NCBI GenBank assembly: GCA_963709585.1
Contig: CAVPXI010000007.1
Location: forward strand, 448,001 to 512,000
DNA length: 64,000 bases
Source of the DNA: Candidatus Dormiibacterota bacterium
GTDB taxonomy: Bacteria > Chloroflexota > Dormibacteria > Aeolococcales > Aeolococcaceae
Direction of reading: 5' to 3'
Each line of letters begins with the position of its first letter. Within the stretch, counting starts at the first letter, position 1. Positions 30,812 to 40,200 of this stretch are shown here, piece after piece. The notes under the pieces were generated by a model. That model was given only the letters and a program-made list of their open reading frames with translations, searched no databases and was not told the DNA's origin. Position numbers and translations under genes: made by a program.

Positions 30812-32025
30812 CCCGGGTCGTCCAGAAGTACGGAGGCTCGAGCGTCGCGACGCCGATGAAGCTGCGCCGGGTCGCGCGCCGGATTCGCGAGTCGCTGGAA
30901 GCGGGAACCGAGGTCGTTGTGGTGGTGAGCGCCATGGGTGACACCACCGATGAGCTGATCGCGCTCGCTCATCGGGTCACCGCCGATCCGCCGTCGCGTG
31001 AGATGGACATGCTGCTGAGCAGTGGTGAGACGATCACCGCGCCACTGCTCGCCATGGCGCTGCACGCCGGAGGCACGCCCGCGATCTCGCTGACCGGCGC
31101 GCAGGCGGGCATCCGCACCAGTGGCGCGCACCGCACCGCGCGCATCGTCGACATCGTCCCGCAGCGCGTGCTCGACGAGCTCGAACGCGGCAATGTCGTG
31201 GTGGTCGCCGGGTTCCAGGGGGCGACCGAGGACATGGACGTCACGACGCTCGGCCGGGGCGGGTCCGATACCACTGCGGTCGCGCTCGCGGTGGCGATCC
31301 GCGCCGACCACTGCGAGATCTTCACCGACGTGCCCGGCGTGCACACCGCCGATCCCCGGATCGTTGCGAACGCGCAGGTGATCGCCTCGATCGACTACGA
31401 CGAGATGCTCGAGCTCGCCTCGGCCGGAGCGCGGGTGATGCATCCACGCGCCGTCGAGATCGGCGAGGCGTACTCGATGGAGATTCGCGTCCGATCCACG
31501 TTCGACAAGGAACCGGGGACAATCATCGCGAAGCAGAACGCCATGGAAATACGCCAGAAGGTGCGCGCCATCGCGCACGAGACCGACGTCGCAAAGGTGA
31601 CGATCCTGCGCGTCCCCGACAAGCCGGGTGTTGCCGCGTCGATCTTCGGCCCCTTCGGCGATGCCGGGATCGACATCGACATCGTGCTCCAGAACGTCGG
31701 TCACGACGGCACCACCGATGTGAGCTTCACCATCGCCGAGTCGCACCTGGCGAAGGCGCGCCGGATGCTGCCGTCGGTGGCAAAGAGCGTGGAGGCGCAC
31801 GGATACACGGCCATGGCGGGAATCGCCAAGGTCACCGTCATCGGCAGCGGGCTCAAGGGAACTCCAGGGCTCTACGCGAAGATCTTCCGAGCGCTCGCCG
31901 ACTCGGGCATCAACATCCAGATGATCGCCACCAGCGAGATCCACGTGACCTGCATCATCGATCGTCCGCGCGTCCGCGATGCCGTCCGCGCACTGCACAC
32001 CGCCTTCGAGCTGGAAAGGATTTGA
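30808..32025 (+). CDS. lysC: Aspartate kinase
   Basis: VQKYGGSS, VSAMGDTTD, TLGRGGSD and two ACT domains. Confidence 0.95.
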   Translation: MTRVVQKYGGSSVATPMKLRRVARRIRESLEAGTEVVVVVSAMGDTTDELIALAHRVTADPPSREMDMLLSSGETITAPLLAMALHAGGTPAISLTGAQAGIRTSGAHRTARIVDIVPQRVLDELERGNVVVVAGFQGATEDMDVTTLGRGGSDTTAVALAVAIRADHCEIFTDVPGVHTADPRIVANAQVIASIDYDEMLELASAGARVMHPRAVEIGEAYSMEIRVRSTFDKEPGTIIAKQNAMEIRQKVRAIAHETDVAKVTILRVPDKPGVAASIFGPFGDAGIDIDIVLQNVGHDGTTDVSFTIAESHLAKARRMLPSVAKSVEAHGYTAMAGIAKVTVIGSGLKGTPGLYAKIFRALADSGINIQMIATSEIHVTCIIDRPRVRDAVRALHTAFELERI

Positions 32026-33110
32026 GCCTCAGTGTCGGCATCGTGGGACTGCCAAACGCGGGGAAGTCGACGCTGTTCAACGCGATGACCCAGGCGGGCG
32101 CGGCGGTTGGCAACTATCCGTTCACCACCATCGAGCCGAACACCGGCGTGGTGCCGGTCCCGGACACGCGTCTCGACAGGCTCGCCGCCCTGTTCCAGCC
32201 GCCGAAGGTGATCCCGGCGACGGTCACGTTCACCGACATCGCGGGGCTCGTCCGTGGCGCGAGCCGCGGTGAGGGGCTCGGCAACCGCTTTCTCGGCCAC
32301 ATCCGCGAAGCCGATGCGACCGCGCTCGTGGTTCGCGCATTCGAGGATCCCGACGTGACCCACGTGGAGGGCGGCGTCGACCCGGTTCGCGATATCGACG
32401 TGCTCGAGCTCGAGCTGCAGCTCGCGGATCTCGAAACCATCACGAAGAGGCTGGAGCGCACCGAGAAGACGTCACGCCTGCAAAAGGAGAAGGAGCTCGA
32501 GATGATCGCGCTGCTGCGTCGCGTCCAGGAGCACCTCAACCAGGGAAGACCGGTGCGGACGATGGCGCTCACTCCCGAGGAGCAGGCGACGTTGCGTGAG
32601 TTCTGGTTGCTGACCGGGAAACCGCTGATGGTGGTCGTCAACGTCGCCGAGTCGGCGGCGCGGGCGCCGGTCCCCACGGAGGTCGTCGAGCGCGCGTCGC
32701 TCGCGGGCGGGGAGGCCATCGCCGTCTCGGCGCGCATCGAGAACGACATCGCCGAGCTCGACCCCGCCGACCGGGCAGCCTTCCTGCACGACCTCGGTCT
32801 CGAGGAGCCCGGCCTCTACCGCGTCGCACGCAGCGCCTACCGATTGCTCCGCCTGATCACGTTCTTCACCGCGGGCGATACCGAGGTTCGCGCCTGGAAC
32901 CTCCGCGAGGGCGAGACCGCTCTCGACGCCGCGGCGAGCATCCACACCGACATCGCGCGCGGTTTCATCCGCGCCGAGGTGACCGGCGCCGAGGAGCTGC
33001 TCGACGCGGGTTCCTACGCGGTACTTCGCGAACGTGGCAAGCAGCGGCTCGAGGGCCGCGACTATGTGATGCGCGACGGCGACGTCATCCACGTGCGATT
33101 CAATGTCTGA
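32022..33110 (+). CDS. ychF: Redox-regulated ATPase YchF
   Basis: GLPNAGKST, YPFTTIEPN, DIAGLV, GEGLGNRFL and GFIRAEV. Confidence 0.96.
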   Translation: MSLSVGIVGLPNAGKSTLFNAMTQAGAAVGNYPFTTIEPNTGVVPVPDTRLDRLAALFQPPKVIPATVTFTDIAGLVRGASRGEGLGNRFLGHIREADATALVVRAFEDPDVTHVEGGVDPVRDIDVLELELQLADLETITKRLERTEKTSRLQKEKELEMIALLRRVQEHLNQGRPVRTMALTPEEQATLREFWLLTGKPLMVVVNVAESAARAPVPTEVVERASLAGGEAIAVSARIENDIAELDPADRAAFLHDLGLEEPGLYRVARSAYRLLRLITFFTAGDTEVRAWNLREGETALDAAASIHTDIARGFIRAEVTGAEELLDAGSYAVLRERGKQRLEGRDYVMRDGDVIHVRFNV

Positions 33111-33849
33111 CGTGGTCATCGCCGGCGGGCAGCGCCTGCAGTTGATCATCGACGCTCCCGCGCCGGGTGCGGAGAACATGCGCCGCGATCTGTCGCTGCT
33201 CGACGCCTGCGCTCGTGGCGAGATCCCCGGGGCGGTGCGTCTCTACGGTTTCGACCCGGCGTGTCTGAGCCTCGGCCGGATGCAGCTGCTCGACGACGTG
33301 GATCTCGCGGCATGCGATCGAGACGGCGTCGACGTGGTGCGCCGTCCGAGCGGCGGCCGCGCTGTGCTCCACGACCAGGAGGTCACCTACTCGGTGGTGT
33401 GCCGATCGGACGATCCCGTCTTCGGCGGCCGGGTGCTTGAATCCTGTTCTCGGATCCATGCGGCGGTCGCGGCCGGTCTCGCGACGCTCGGCGTGCGCAC
33501 TACGCCGCGCGCGATGCCTGCCAACCTGCGACGCGACGCTCGCGAGGTCGCGGCTGTCGCGGACTGCTTCGCGCGGCCCGCAGCCCACGAGCTGCTCGAC
33601 GATCGCGGCCGCAAGCTGGTCGGCAGTGCCCAGGCGAGGCGCGCGGGCGCGTTGCTCCAGCACGGCTCGGTGTTGTTGGATTCGCCGCGCGCTGCGGTGT
33701 ATCTGAACATCGGCGACACGAACCTCGTGCCACCGGAAGCCGGCGTGCGCGACCTGCTCGGCCGCCACGTGAGTCGCGAGGAACTCGTCGACGCGCTCGC
33801 TGCCGGGTTCAGGCGGTCTCTCGAGGTGCCCTTCCCGGCGCGCGACTGA
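33103..33849 (+). CDS. Lipoate-protein ligase A family (LipM/LplA-like)
   Basis: NMRRD, RRPSGGRAVLH, KLVGSAQ and LQHGS. Confidence 0.88.
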   Translation: MSDVVIAGGQRLQLIIDAPAPGAENMRRDLSLLDACARGEIPGAVRLYGFDPACLSLGRMQLLDDVDLAACDRDGVDVVRRPSGGRAVLHDQEVTYSVVCRSDDPVFGGRVLESCSRIHAAVAAGLATLGVRTTPRAMPANLRRDAREVAAVADCFARPAAHELLDDRGRKLVGSAQARRAGALLQHGSVLLDSPRAAVYLNIGDTNLVPPEAGVRDLLGRHVSREELVDALAAGFRRSLEVPFPARD

Positions 33850-33904
33850 TTTTTCGCTCCCGGATCGGGGCTCCCGACCCTCCGGACATGGACATCGGCG
33901 CTGC

Positions 33905-33922
33905 GAACATATGTTCTATACT
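33905..33922 (+). promoter_or_regulatory. LexA (SOS/Cheo) box abutting a TATACT -10
   Basis: GAACATATGTTC (33905-33916) matches GAAC-N4-GTTC; TATACT at 33917-33922; ATG 6 nt later. Confidence 0.8.
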
Positions 33923-33928
33923 ACAGAA

Positions 33929-35201
33929 ATGTGTAGTGCCGAGGCGATGCGTAACCCACTGGAGACGCTCATCCGGACGATCGAGCACTTTGCCGAGGTG
34001 CCAACTCTGGAGCTGACTCCGGCGGAGCTCGGGGACCACCTGGTCCGGCTCCGGCGTGGCATCGATCTCCTCGAGCTCTCCTTCGCGTCCGATGCTGCCA
34101 CGTTCGCGGCGACCGACGAGTACGACGCCCAGGGCTCTGTCACCCCGATCGACTGGATCCGCCATCACTGCCACATGTCCGGCAACGCCGCTGCCAGGGC
34201 GGTCGCGGCTGGAGCGCAGGTGAGCCGTCTCCCCGCCAGTCTCACGGCGCTCGACGCAGGGGACATCGGTTTCGCCCATTTTTCGCTGCTGGCGGGGGTC
34301 GCTCGTGCCGTCGGCGCCAGCTCCAGCGCTGACGGCACGGATGACCCCACGCGTGTCGGCGCCACCAGCTTCGATGAGGGCCCTCTGCTCGAACTGGCCC
34401 GGGAGCACTCGGTCGGCCGCTTCGGTCGTGACTGTGACCACGCTCGCCATGTACACGACGCAGCCACAGTTCTCGAGGAACATGTGACCGCCGCGGAGCG
34501 CAACCGCTGCGAGTTCATTCCCTGCGAGGGCGGCTTCATGGCGATGCGTGGTTTCTTCGACCCCATCGCGGCGGCCACGATCAAGACAGCGGTGCTCCCG
34601 CTGAGCAGACGCACGGGCGCAGGCGACGACCGGCCGCTCCCCCGCCGCCTCGCCGACGCGCTGGTCGAGGTCGCGAGCCACGCCCTTGACCTCGGAGCGA
34701 TCCCGACCACGGGCGGGGCGCGCACCCACCTCCAGCTCACCGCCTCGGTCGAGACGGTGATGGGCCTGGAGGGAGCACCTGGCGGCGAGCTGGAATTCGC
34801 CGGCGCTGTTCCAGCCGCCACCGTGCAGCGGCTCGCCTGCGATGCCCGCGTCCGCCGCGTCCTTCTCGGACCTGATTCCGCGGTGATCGACGTCGGCCGC
34901 GCGCTCCGGTTGCCAAGCCCTGCCGCCCGAGCGGCGCTTCGGGTTCGGTCCGGTGGATGCGAATGGCCCGGCTGTGATCGCCCGGTGGCGTTCACCAGTG
35001 CGCATCACGTGGTGCACTGGGGCCACGGCGGCCGGAGCGACGTGGACAATCTGGTCCTGCTCTGCTACCGCCATCACTGGATGGTCCATGAGGGTGGCTG
35101 GCAGCTGGCCCGGGTCGAGCGCCGGCAACTCCTTGCGATACCGCCTTCGCGGAACTCATCGCTCCTGGATCCGCGCCCCCGATACCGCCGTCGTCGGGTA
35201 G
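33929..35201 (+). CDS. DUF222 domain + HNH endonuclease (13E12/REP-like family); 3' end corrected for a frameshift near 35154
   Basis: RRLADALVE, RLACDA, CEWPGC, HHVVHW, NLVLLCYRHH and VHEGGW. The uncorrected ORF ends at 35299. Confidence 0.85.
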
Positions 35202-35295
35202 CGGCGCCCAGTCGGCCAGGGGTGGCCAATGTCACTAGTGCGGCGTGGTACACCGCCGTGTCCGCAAAAGTAAGGTTGGGCGCGTTGGGAATAGC

Positions 35296-35818
35296 GTGAT
35301 CGCATCATCCGGTCTGATGACGTCGGGTGAAGGCGCGCCCGAACGCGCCTTCGAGGCGGTCGTCACGGCGGATGTGAGGCGCCTCTACTCCCTGGCGCTT
35401 TCCATCCTCGATGACGCCGGCGAAGCCGAGGACGCTGTCCAGGAGACGCTGCTCAAGGCGTGGCGAGCCTGGGAACTCGCTGTCGCACATCGATCGTCAG
35501 GCGGCGTGGTTGACGCGGGTGTGCGTCAACCACTGCATCAGCCGGCGCCGGATGCTTCGATCGCGGGGCCTGCCGCTGCCCGGACTGATCGACCGCGCCG
35601 CGCCGTCGCCCGGTGGAGGAGCTGAGGCTGAGCGCATCGACATGGATCGCGCCTACCGGCGGCTGTCCAACAAGCAGCGTGCTGCGATCACGCTCAACTA
35701 CCGACATGGGTATTCCGTGGACGAGTGCGCCGTATATATGGGGTGCCGGCCGGGAACGGTGCGAACCCATCTCGAACGCGCCCTCGCCACCCTTCGAAAG
35801 GAGCTAAAAGATGATTGA
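35296..35818 (+). CDS. ECF RNA polymerase sigma factor (frameshift near 35475)
   Basis: EAEDAVQETLLKAW, AWLTRVCVN, LSNKQR and GTVRTHLERA. Confidence 0.88.
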
Positions 35819-36767
35819 CATCGGTCCTCGACTGGACAGCAGGCTCCGGGACAAGTTTGACCGTATCGACGCCGAACCCCCGCCGCAACGTCTCATGACC
35901 TTCCAACCGACCGCGACGCGGCGTCGCCACAGGTCGGTGAATGTAGTCGTCAGTGTGGCCGCGATCGCGGTGGTCGCCGCGGGCGCTATCGCATTCGCAC
36001 TGGAACTTGGCGGTCATTCACATCCGACGCCGACAACGTCGCCGGCGCAGGAGGCCCCGCTCCCGAGGATGCCTGTCTACAGCGCACCTCCCCCTCCCCC
36101 GCACTTCTACGCCCCGACACCGATGCCCGTCTACGGCACCGGCTTCCCGGCGTCGTGGTACATCGTGATCCCGGTCACCCAGCACACCGGGTCGGCGGTG
36201 CTGCCGGCCTTTATTCCGGAGGGGTGGGAGTACATCCAGTACGCCTGCGTTGGTGGCGGACACCTCCAGATCGTGACGGCCGATGGCACGGTCAACGAGA
36301 GCCTAAAACCATGCTCGAGCTCAGTTCATCCAGTCAATGCCCAGATCTCAGGTCCCTACGGCCCGTTGAAAGGCAGACCCGTGGCCTTGAAGGTGGTGAC
36401 CAGCCCATCCGTGCACTGGGAGATCGTCGTTGCCGAGACCGCCACGCCGTTGATCCTGCCTACACTGCCGCCCTTGCCGGCGGGCGCGAAGGTGCTCGTT
36501 CCCTTGACCTACGGACAAGGAATCGCCGCACTGCCGAGTTTCACTCCCCACGGTTCGAACCAGATGCAGTGGTGGTGTTCAGGTCCTGGAGGAATCCAGG
36601 TGTTCGTTTCCAACGGAGACCAAAGCACCAGCGCGTCGACGTGCGCTGGCGGTCCGAGCGGGGGCGGCGGGACGGACGACTACGCGGGGAACCGCGAAAC
36701 GCTTGTGGTCGACGTGAGCCCCGATAACACGTGGGAGATCCGCGTCTACTGGCAGCCGAGCGGGTAG
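35811..36767 (+). CDS. Putative membrane anti-sigma factor with duplicated extracytoplasmic domain
   Basis: Overlaps the sigma stop; short cytoplasmic N-terminus, one TM helix, Pro-rich linker and two similar Cys-containing repeats. Confidence 0.65.
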   Translation: MIDIGPRLDSRLRDKFDRIDAEPPPQRLMTFQPTATRRRHRSVNVVVSVAAIAVVAAGAIAFALELGGHSHPTPTTSPAQEAPLPRMPVYSAPPPPPHFYAPTPMPVYGTGFPASWYIVIPVTQHTGSAVLPAFIPEGWEYIQYACVGGGHLQIVTADGTVNESLKPCSSSVHPVNAQISGPYGPLKGRPVALKVVTSPSVHWEIVVAETATPLILPTLPPLPAGAKVLVPLTYGQGIAALPSFTPHGSNQMQWWCSGPGGIQVFVSNGDQSTSASTCAGGPSGGGGTDDYAGNRETLVVDVSPDNTWEIRVYWQPSG

Positions 36768-36780
36768 GCCGAGACACTCC

Positions 36781-36835
36781 TTGAACACCACCGCATGATG
36801 TGCTAGCGTTCGGCAAAGGCCACCAGATGTAGGGC
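36781..36835 (+). promoter_or_regulatory. Sigma70 promoter overlapped by two NrdR-like boxes
   Basis: TTGAAC-N17-TAGCGT with extended TG. Boxes CCACCGCATGATGTGC (36788) and CCACCAGATGTAGGGC (36820) are 32 bp apart. Confidence 0.55.
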
Positions 36836-36955
36836 TGCACCCCTTGCATCCAAGGCTCGTCGGGCAGCGGGCGCCGGGCTCTCTCATCGCCAGGCCATGG
36901 CTCCAATCGTGGCCTCTCCCATCCGGAGGCCCGCTGCCTGCCCCGTCTCGACGCT
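36816..36955 (+). ncRNA. Candidate structured sRNA or leader RNA (unassigned family)
   Basis: Lies downstream of the promoter. Hairpin 36826-36850 and a rod 36862-36939 with an 11-bp closing stem, an internal bubble and a terminal stem-loop. Confidence 0.4.
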
Positions 36956-37022
36956 CGGCGCACGGTCCGCGGTTTCGACGTCGGGTCGGGTCCGCACCCC
37001 CCTGATACGCTTCGATGAGTTC

Positions 37023-37496
37023 ATGGCCAAGAAGACCCGAAAGCAGAAGCAGCGCGCGGCGACGCGGCGCCCGGGAACACCCGCCCCGGCAGCACCCCGA
37101 AACGCCGCTCCACGACAGGCGACAGCGCCGGCGCCCGTCACCCCACGCCCGGTGCTCGCCCAGGTACTGCCCGAGACCATCCTGCCGTTGCCTGGCACCG
37201 AACTCGAGATCGAGTTCGAGGCAGACGAGGACGCGGGTGAGAACATCGCCGCGAGCACGGACGGCGCATCGCGCCGCCGCGTGCAGCGGGTCAACCCGGC
37301 AGCCCAGCCACGGCCGATCCGGGGCCAGGTGACCGCCGCCGCGCTCTTCCAGCCGCTCGACAGCGACGAGGCCGCGATCCCATTCGACCGCGTTCCGTAT
37401 GTGCCCCGCGATCTTCGTCGGGTTGCGATCATGGCGTCGCTCATGGTCGTCCTCATCCTCATCGCGGCGGTCGTGGTGACGCGCATCAATCCGTGA
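37023..37496 (+). CDS. Basic/disordered protein with a single C-terminal TM helix (tail-anchored topology)
   Basis: MAKKTRKQKQR...; C-terminus DLRRVAIMASLMVVLILIAAVVVTRINP-stop; TGaTACGCT -10 upstream. Confidence 0.75.
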   Translation: MAKKTRKQKQRAATRRPGTPAPAAPRNAAPRQATAPAPVTPRPVLAQVLPETILPLPGTELEIEFEADEDAGENIAASTDGASRRRVQRVNPAAQPRPIRGQVTAAALFQPLDSDEAAIPFDRVPYVPRDLRRVAIMASLMVVLILIAAVVVTRINP

Positions 37497-37512
37497 GCAC
37501 CGAGACACGCGC

Positions 37513-38686
37513 GTGCGAGTGATCCTCTATACCGGGAAGGGTGGGGTCGGCAAGACGACCGTCGCGGCTGCAACCGCGGTCAAGTGCGCGAACCTCGGCT
37601 ACAAGACGCTGGTGATCAGCACCGACGCCGCGCACAGCCTCGGCGACAGCGTCGATCAGGAGATCGGCGACCACCCGACCGAGCTCGCCCCGAATCTGTG
37701 GGGACAGGAGGTCAACGCGCTCCACGAGCTCGAGGAACACTGGGATCGCATCCACATCTACCTGACGTCGCTGTTCGCGTCGCAGGGCGTGGACGACATC
37801 GTCGCCGAGGAGATGGCGTCGCCTCCGGGGATGGAGGAGGTCGCGAGCCTCATGTGGATCAAGAAGCACAAGCGCGAGGGCAAGTTCGACGTCCTCATCG
37901 TGGATTGCGCGCCGACCGGCGAGACACTCCAGCTGCTCGCGTTTCCAGACGTCGCCAAGTGGTATCTCGATCGCATCTTCCCGATCCACCGGATGATGAA
38001 CAAGGTGGCGCGCCCAATGATGCAGCCGTTCATCAGCATCCCCCTGCCGAGCGACGAGATCTTCAGCAATGTCAAGGACCTGCTCCTCGACCTCGAGGGG
38101 ATGAAAAAGATCCTCGGCGATCCCAAGGTGTGCACCACGCGGATCGTGCTCAACCTCGAAAAGATGGTGGTCAAGGAGGCGCAGCGAGCGTTCACGTATC
38201 TGAGCCTGTACGACTACCTCACCGACCTGGTGGTGGTGAACCGCGTCCTGCCACCCGAGGTCACGGACACCTATTTCGACTCGTGGCGCGAGGCGCAGCA
38301 GCGCTACGCCCTCATGGTCGAGACCGCGTTCTCACCGATCCCGACGTTGCAGACCAAGCTGTTCGACCACGAGATCGTCGGGCTCGAACTCGCTCGCCGA
38401 GATGGGTGAGTCCATCTACGGCGACCTCGATCCTTCGCAGATCTTCTACCACGCGGTGCCCCAGCGCATCCGCAAGGTTGGCAACAACTACGAGCTGCAG
38501 CTCCACCTCCCGTTCGTCGGCAAGGAGGACGTCGACATCAAGCATCGCGAGGGCGAGCTCTTCGTCAGCGTCGGTCCGTACAAGCGCGAGATCTCACTGC
38601 CCCGGGTGCTCAACGGCAAGCGCGTGACCAAGGGGCGTCTCGAAGAGGGCACGCTCCTGGTGACGTTCTCGGATCGCAAGCCATGA
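37513..38686 (+). CDS. ArsA/Get3-family ATPase with C-terminal HSP20-like domain (frameshift near 38388)
   Basis: GKGGVGKTT, STDAAHSLGD, PGMEE and DCAPTGET; second frame YELQLHLPF...ELFVSVGPYKREISLP. Confidence 0.9.
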
Positions 38687-38946
38687 CCGAACCGTGTCGC
38701 ATCTGCCCCACCCGCCTGGTCGACGAGGCGTCTCGGATGCTCGGGACCTCGTTTGGTGAGCTCGTGCCACCCGAGGCCCAGCGCCACCTGCTGATCGCCC
38801 AGCGCGAGCTCCTGCTGGCCCTGGCGGCGGTGATCGAGCACCACACCCAGCCGCCCGCATCCACCGAGTCTCCGTCGCGCGGCCGCAAGCGATCAGCAGG
38901 TGGAACGGGGCGCTCGCGGCGGCCGTCGCGGGTCGAGCTCGAGTAG
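38683..38946 (+). CDS. Small hypothetical protein (CxxC N-terminus, helical core HLLIAQRELLLA)
   Basis: ATGA overlap with the ATPase gene. Confidence 0.65.
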   Translation: MTEPCRICPTRLVDEASRMLGTSFGELVPPEAQRHLLIAQRELLLALAAVIEHHTQPPASTESPSRGRKRSAGGTGRSRRPSRVELE

Positions 38947-38956
38947 CCGGCGCCGG

Positions 38957-39694
38957 GTGACCAGTCCCGGTACCTACCTGGCGATCGTTCTCTACACCCT
39001 GCCAGGTTTCGTGTTCGGATCGGTGATCCACGAGCTCAGCCACGCCGCGATCGCGTTGCGCTGCGGCGACCCGACCCCACGCCGGGTTGGGCGCATGACC
39101 CTCGATCCGCGTCGCAATATCGACCCGTACGGGTGCTTCGCGCTGCTCGTGGCGGGAGTCGGTTGGGGCCGGCCGGTCCCGCTCGATCCTCTGTATCTCC
39201 GCGACGGCAGGCAGCGCGCTGCGGTCGCGGCGGCAGGACCGCTCGCCCACCTCGTCGTCGCGGCCATCTTCGCGGGGGCGCTGCGCGTGGAGTTGCTCGG
39301 GTCGAGCGTCGACCTGGGAGGATTCGACACGCTCGCCCAGTTCACACTCCAGGGAGTGATCCTCGGCGTGCTGTTGCAGGGGTTCCTGGTCAACATCGCG
39401 CTCTTCGTCTTCAATGCGCTGCCGATTCCGGGCCTCGACGGGTACGCGGTGGTGCGCAGCCTCCTGTTCGGCGTCGCACCGCGCGTCTTCCTGTATCTCG
39501 AGCAGTACCGCTACGTGATCTACGCGCTCGCCGCCGTGGTGGCGCTGCTCCTTCCACCTCTGACCCACGGCGCTGTCGACGCCGTTGCCGCGATGACGGT
39601 GGGGACTGCCTCGCTCACCGTTCACCATCTGATCGTGCCCGGCGTGGATCCGATCTTCATCGGGCTGCCGAACGTGTTTCACCTGCTGTCATGA
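38957..39694 (+). CDS. Site-2 protease (peptidase M50)
   Basis: HELSH, GDPTP, AAAGP and FNALPIPGLDG. Confidence 0.92.
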   Translation: MTSPGTYLAIVLYTLPGFVFGSVIHELSHAAIALRCGDPTPRRVGRMTLDPRRNIDPYGCFALLVAGVGWGRPVPLDPLYLRDGRQRAAVAAAGPLAHLVVAAIFAGALRVELLGSSVDLGGFDTLAQFTLQGVILGVLLQGFLVNIALFVFNALPIPGLDGYAVVRSLLFGVAPRVFLYLEQYRYVIYALAAVVALLLPPLTHGAVDAVAAMTVGTASLTVHHLIVPGVDPIFIGLPNVFHLLS

Positions 39695-40200
39695 GCTCTG
39701 TGGTGATCGACGGCGTCGAGTGGACGGTCGAGGGTGCGCAGCTGGCGATCGTGCAACGTGGGCGAGTGCTCCTCCAGTTCCGGCCGTGGCCGCCAGGATG
39801 GGAGCTTCCCGGTGGTCACTGCGAACCCTACGAGGACCCGGCGGCCACGGCGGCACGCGAGACCGAGGAAGAGACCGGCTACAAGGTGCGCGTCGAGGGC
39901 ATCGTCGGCGTGTATTCGTGGCGCGGACTCCGGTCCGCGGGCGACGTGGTCTTCCTCGGCCAGGTCATCGGCGGCGCGCCGCGGCGCAGCCTCGAGGCCT
40001 GGTCGCTCCGCATGGCCGCCCCTGACCTGCTGCCTCGAACCGTGTTTCCGTGGATGCGCCAGCGAGTGCGCGACGCGGTCGACGTGGCGGACGGGGCTGC
40101 TCCTGTACACCGAGAGCAGCCGGTGACGATCCGCCACGTGCTCGGCTTTGCGACCGCGTGGCTGCACACGCCGGTCGACCGCCTGCTGCGACGCCGATGA
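39691..40200 (+). CDS. NUDIX hydrolase
   Basis: PGGHCEPYEDPAATAARETEEETG Nudix box; ATGA overlaps at both ends. Confidence 0.9.
   Translation: MSSVVIDGVEWTVEGAQLAIVQRGRVLLQFRPWPPGWELPGGHCEPYEDPAATAARETEEETGYKVRVEGIVGVYSWRGLRSAGDVVFLGQVIGGAPRRSLEAWSLRMAAPDLLPRTVFPWMRQRVRDAVDVADGAAPVHREQPVTIRHVLGFATAWLHTPVDRLLRRR

Noticed and set aside
36770-36960. 6S RNA, SRP RNA or tRNA identity for the structured region
   Set aside because: The rod is only about 80 nt, with no SRP GGAA domain-IV motif and no cloverleaf. CCTTGAAC here is better read as a -35 box.
37513-38686. Arsenite-resistance ArsA
   Set aside because: Single ATPase domain with an HSP20-like tail and no ars operon genes nearby.
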